47,206 nucleotides of DNA from Chromera velia (taxonomy: Eukaryota): positions 1 to 47,206 of the forward strand of contig JAHBMJ010000468.1 of the NCBI GenBank assembly GCA_018398765.1, given 5' to 3'. Within the stretch, counting starts at the first letter, position 1. The number at the start of each line of letters is the position of its first letter. The translations under genes and the position numbers were made by a program. Below the pieces are notes generated by a model that searched no databases, was not told where the DNA came from, and saw only the letters and a list, made by a program, of their open reading frames with translations. Below are positions 45,202-47,206 of the stretch, piece by piece.

Positions 45202-47206
45202 AAAAGAAGAGAAAAGCAAGAGAGATTCTCAGAGAAAGAAGAGCATATGAAGGATTGATCAAAAGAAACCAATCAAGCATGAGGGAGTGAGAGTGGAACA
45301 CCCGACGGCTTCTGTCTTGCTTTAGAATCGAAGCAGCTTCCCTTTATCTTGTGTTCTTCAGCCCTCCTGTCTCTTTTGCTTGCGAGATTTTGCCTCCTCA
45401 TCTTCCGACTTCATCTCCTTCCTCCTGAAGGCTGCCTGCTTCCGACCTTTTTTCCATGTCTCAATCCTGGTGTGTGTCTAGGTTGAGAGTGGACCGAGAA
45501 GGTTCTCGAGGGATGGCCGAATCCTTTTTCGTTCGTTCTCTGTTGAAGCCTTTGTCTTGTCTGTCTGCATGGGCTCTGGTAGTGGGAGTGGGATGGGAGA
45601 GGGACGGGGGGGATGGATCGATGTTCGATGATGTGCTCAATTCAAAATGCCCGTAGCAGTTGCTATTTGCCGTCCGTGCGTGCGTCTGTAGTCTGGGTGT
45701 GCTTCGCAACAGCCGTCTGACGGTTTCAACGGAAACCTATCGGGAGGATCAAAAAAGAAGGGTTGGCATTGGGAAGAGGTCTAGGAAAAAGTATATCAGA
45801 ACAGGAAACAAATCGTTAATTCGAGAGGAGACAAGCATTCTAATCCAACGCAACAGCTTGTTCGCGTCTTCTGACGCAGACCTCAGGTCCACCCGGTGTT
45901 ATCCCGTGTCGCCTTTCTGATCTATCCATCGATGTCCTTTCAGGGCTTGTTGCACCCACAACCAACTGCATCGATACCTAGATCGATGCTCGGCAAGCGC
46001 GCAAGTCAGCCAGCAGCTTGGACTCAGAATCTAAAGTACACGTTCGAGAGAAAAAAACTAGGAACAAAACTCTTTGGGTATGTATTATCATCCTCATACG
46101 CCATCATTATTAATTCATATTAAAATATGTGGAGCCGTCTAATGCCAGGTCTAGCGTTTTCTAGAGCTTTTAGTTTTTTTAGATCTTTTATTTACTTTTT
46201 AAAAGGACTTTTTAATTTTGAAGCTAGTTTTTAAGGTCTGCTGGGGATTTTGATCCTTTGATAGAGCAAACTCAGACATCGCACTTAGATCAATTTTAAA
46301 TTCATGCATTTTCATTAATTTTCATTTGATATCAGAATTAAATTAATTAATTCTGAGGTTGCGAGGCACAGACAGGTCAGTCGTACTGGTAACCAGACTG
46401 GCAAGAGTTCTATACTTACACTTTGTAGTTGGAACAGCGCGGTCACAGCGGCAAAGCTAGATTTTACCACATTTATTGAGACTGCATGCACCATTTTGAA
46501 TTCTACTTTATGACGTTCTGTCGTGCATTATCTTTTCAACTACCTTGCTCCATACATATTCCTGCTTATTCTCCTCAATATCTGCCTTTTTGCAGCATTT
46601 TCTCTTAATCAGCAGCAGTTTTGGTCTCTGTGCAAGTATGTAACAAACTATAAACGCACTACCTTTGTCTGTCTCTTATTCCCGGCCTTTCTACTTCTAT
46701 CCGCTTATTGGAGTGTTGCCTGTATTACATGCACGTAGAAGAGTCGACCGTATCTCCCGACTCAGATCCATGGAAAGCTTCTTCACTCAATCAAGATCCG
46801 GCTGTACAACTATGAAAAAGGAAGTGCAAACAAAGTATATGCAACTTCTATAGCATGCTATGATGCGGTATAGTGTTGATATCGATCCTTTCCTCTGTGG
46901 TTGCTGATCCAATTATCTCTGCCGTCTCCGTCTGTTTCTCTTCCAAGCATCACTCTGCTGGGCCGGTTGTCCGAAGTTCGGCCCTTGCGGCGCCGATCTT
47001 GGAATATCCCGCCGCCGCGCGCAGTAAAGTCAGACCCGGTTAGGAAGTGCGTGACCGTGCGCGAATGCGAGCGACTGAGAGCAAAATGCAAAACGTGCAA
47101 TTGAGCTCAAAAAGTAATTCTTCACATACATGCAGAAAAATAAATGAAAGAGACTTGGATCAGAAAGAAACATTCAGAAGTACCAGGAGTGGGAATGGTG
47201 GACTGT

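Noticed and set aside
45250..47206. Coding potential at the window end
   Set aside because: Only short ORFs without motifs; composition fits 3' UTR, spacer and perhaps the next promoter.

Overview
Intron-rich eukaryotic nuclear DNA. The GT-AG introns full of (CT)n/(GT)n microsatellites, the enriched TGCATGCA motif and the gene content suggest a myzozoan alveolate, possibly a chromerid such as Chromera; this is inference. Contents in order: (1) a decayed chromodomain-bearing Ty3/Gypsy retrotransposon with a clean -1 frameshift signal; (2) an intronless ankyrin gene; (3) a 6-exon minus-strand class I SAM-dependent methyltransferase with duplicated splice acceptors; (4) a ~14-exon hypothetical gene with an RRxS cluster; (5) a 5'-truncated RTE-like LINE with a 10-bp TSD whose ORF ends in a C2H2 finger plus a chromodomain; (6) a PPR gene with 18 near-identical 38-aa repeats whose RNA-specifying positions vary; (7) single-repeat ankyrin exons followed by a broken coiled-coil/kinase/RING/Rcat gene; (8) a second decayed LINE; (9) a divergent pair of hypothetical genes. 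The best candidates for undescribed biology are the chromodomain-carrying non-LTR element, the TALE-like PPR array (possibly spliced to the ankyrin/kinase/E3 module), RIP-like C-to-T erosion of repeats in a non-fungal genome, and a GTCAG-dominated 5' splice-site consensus. All exon structures were derived by hand from phase compatibility, without RNA evidence.
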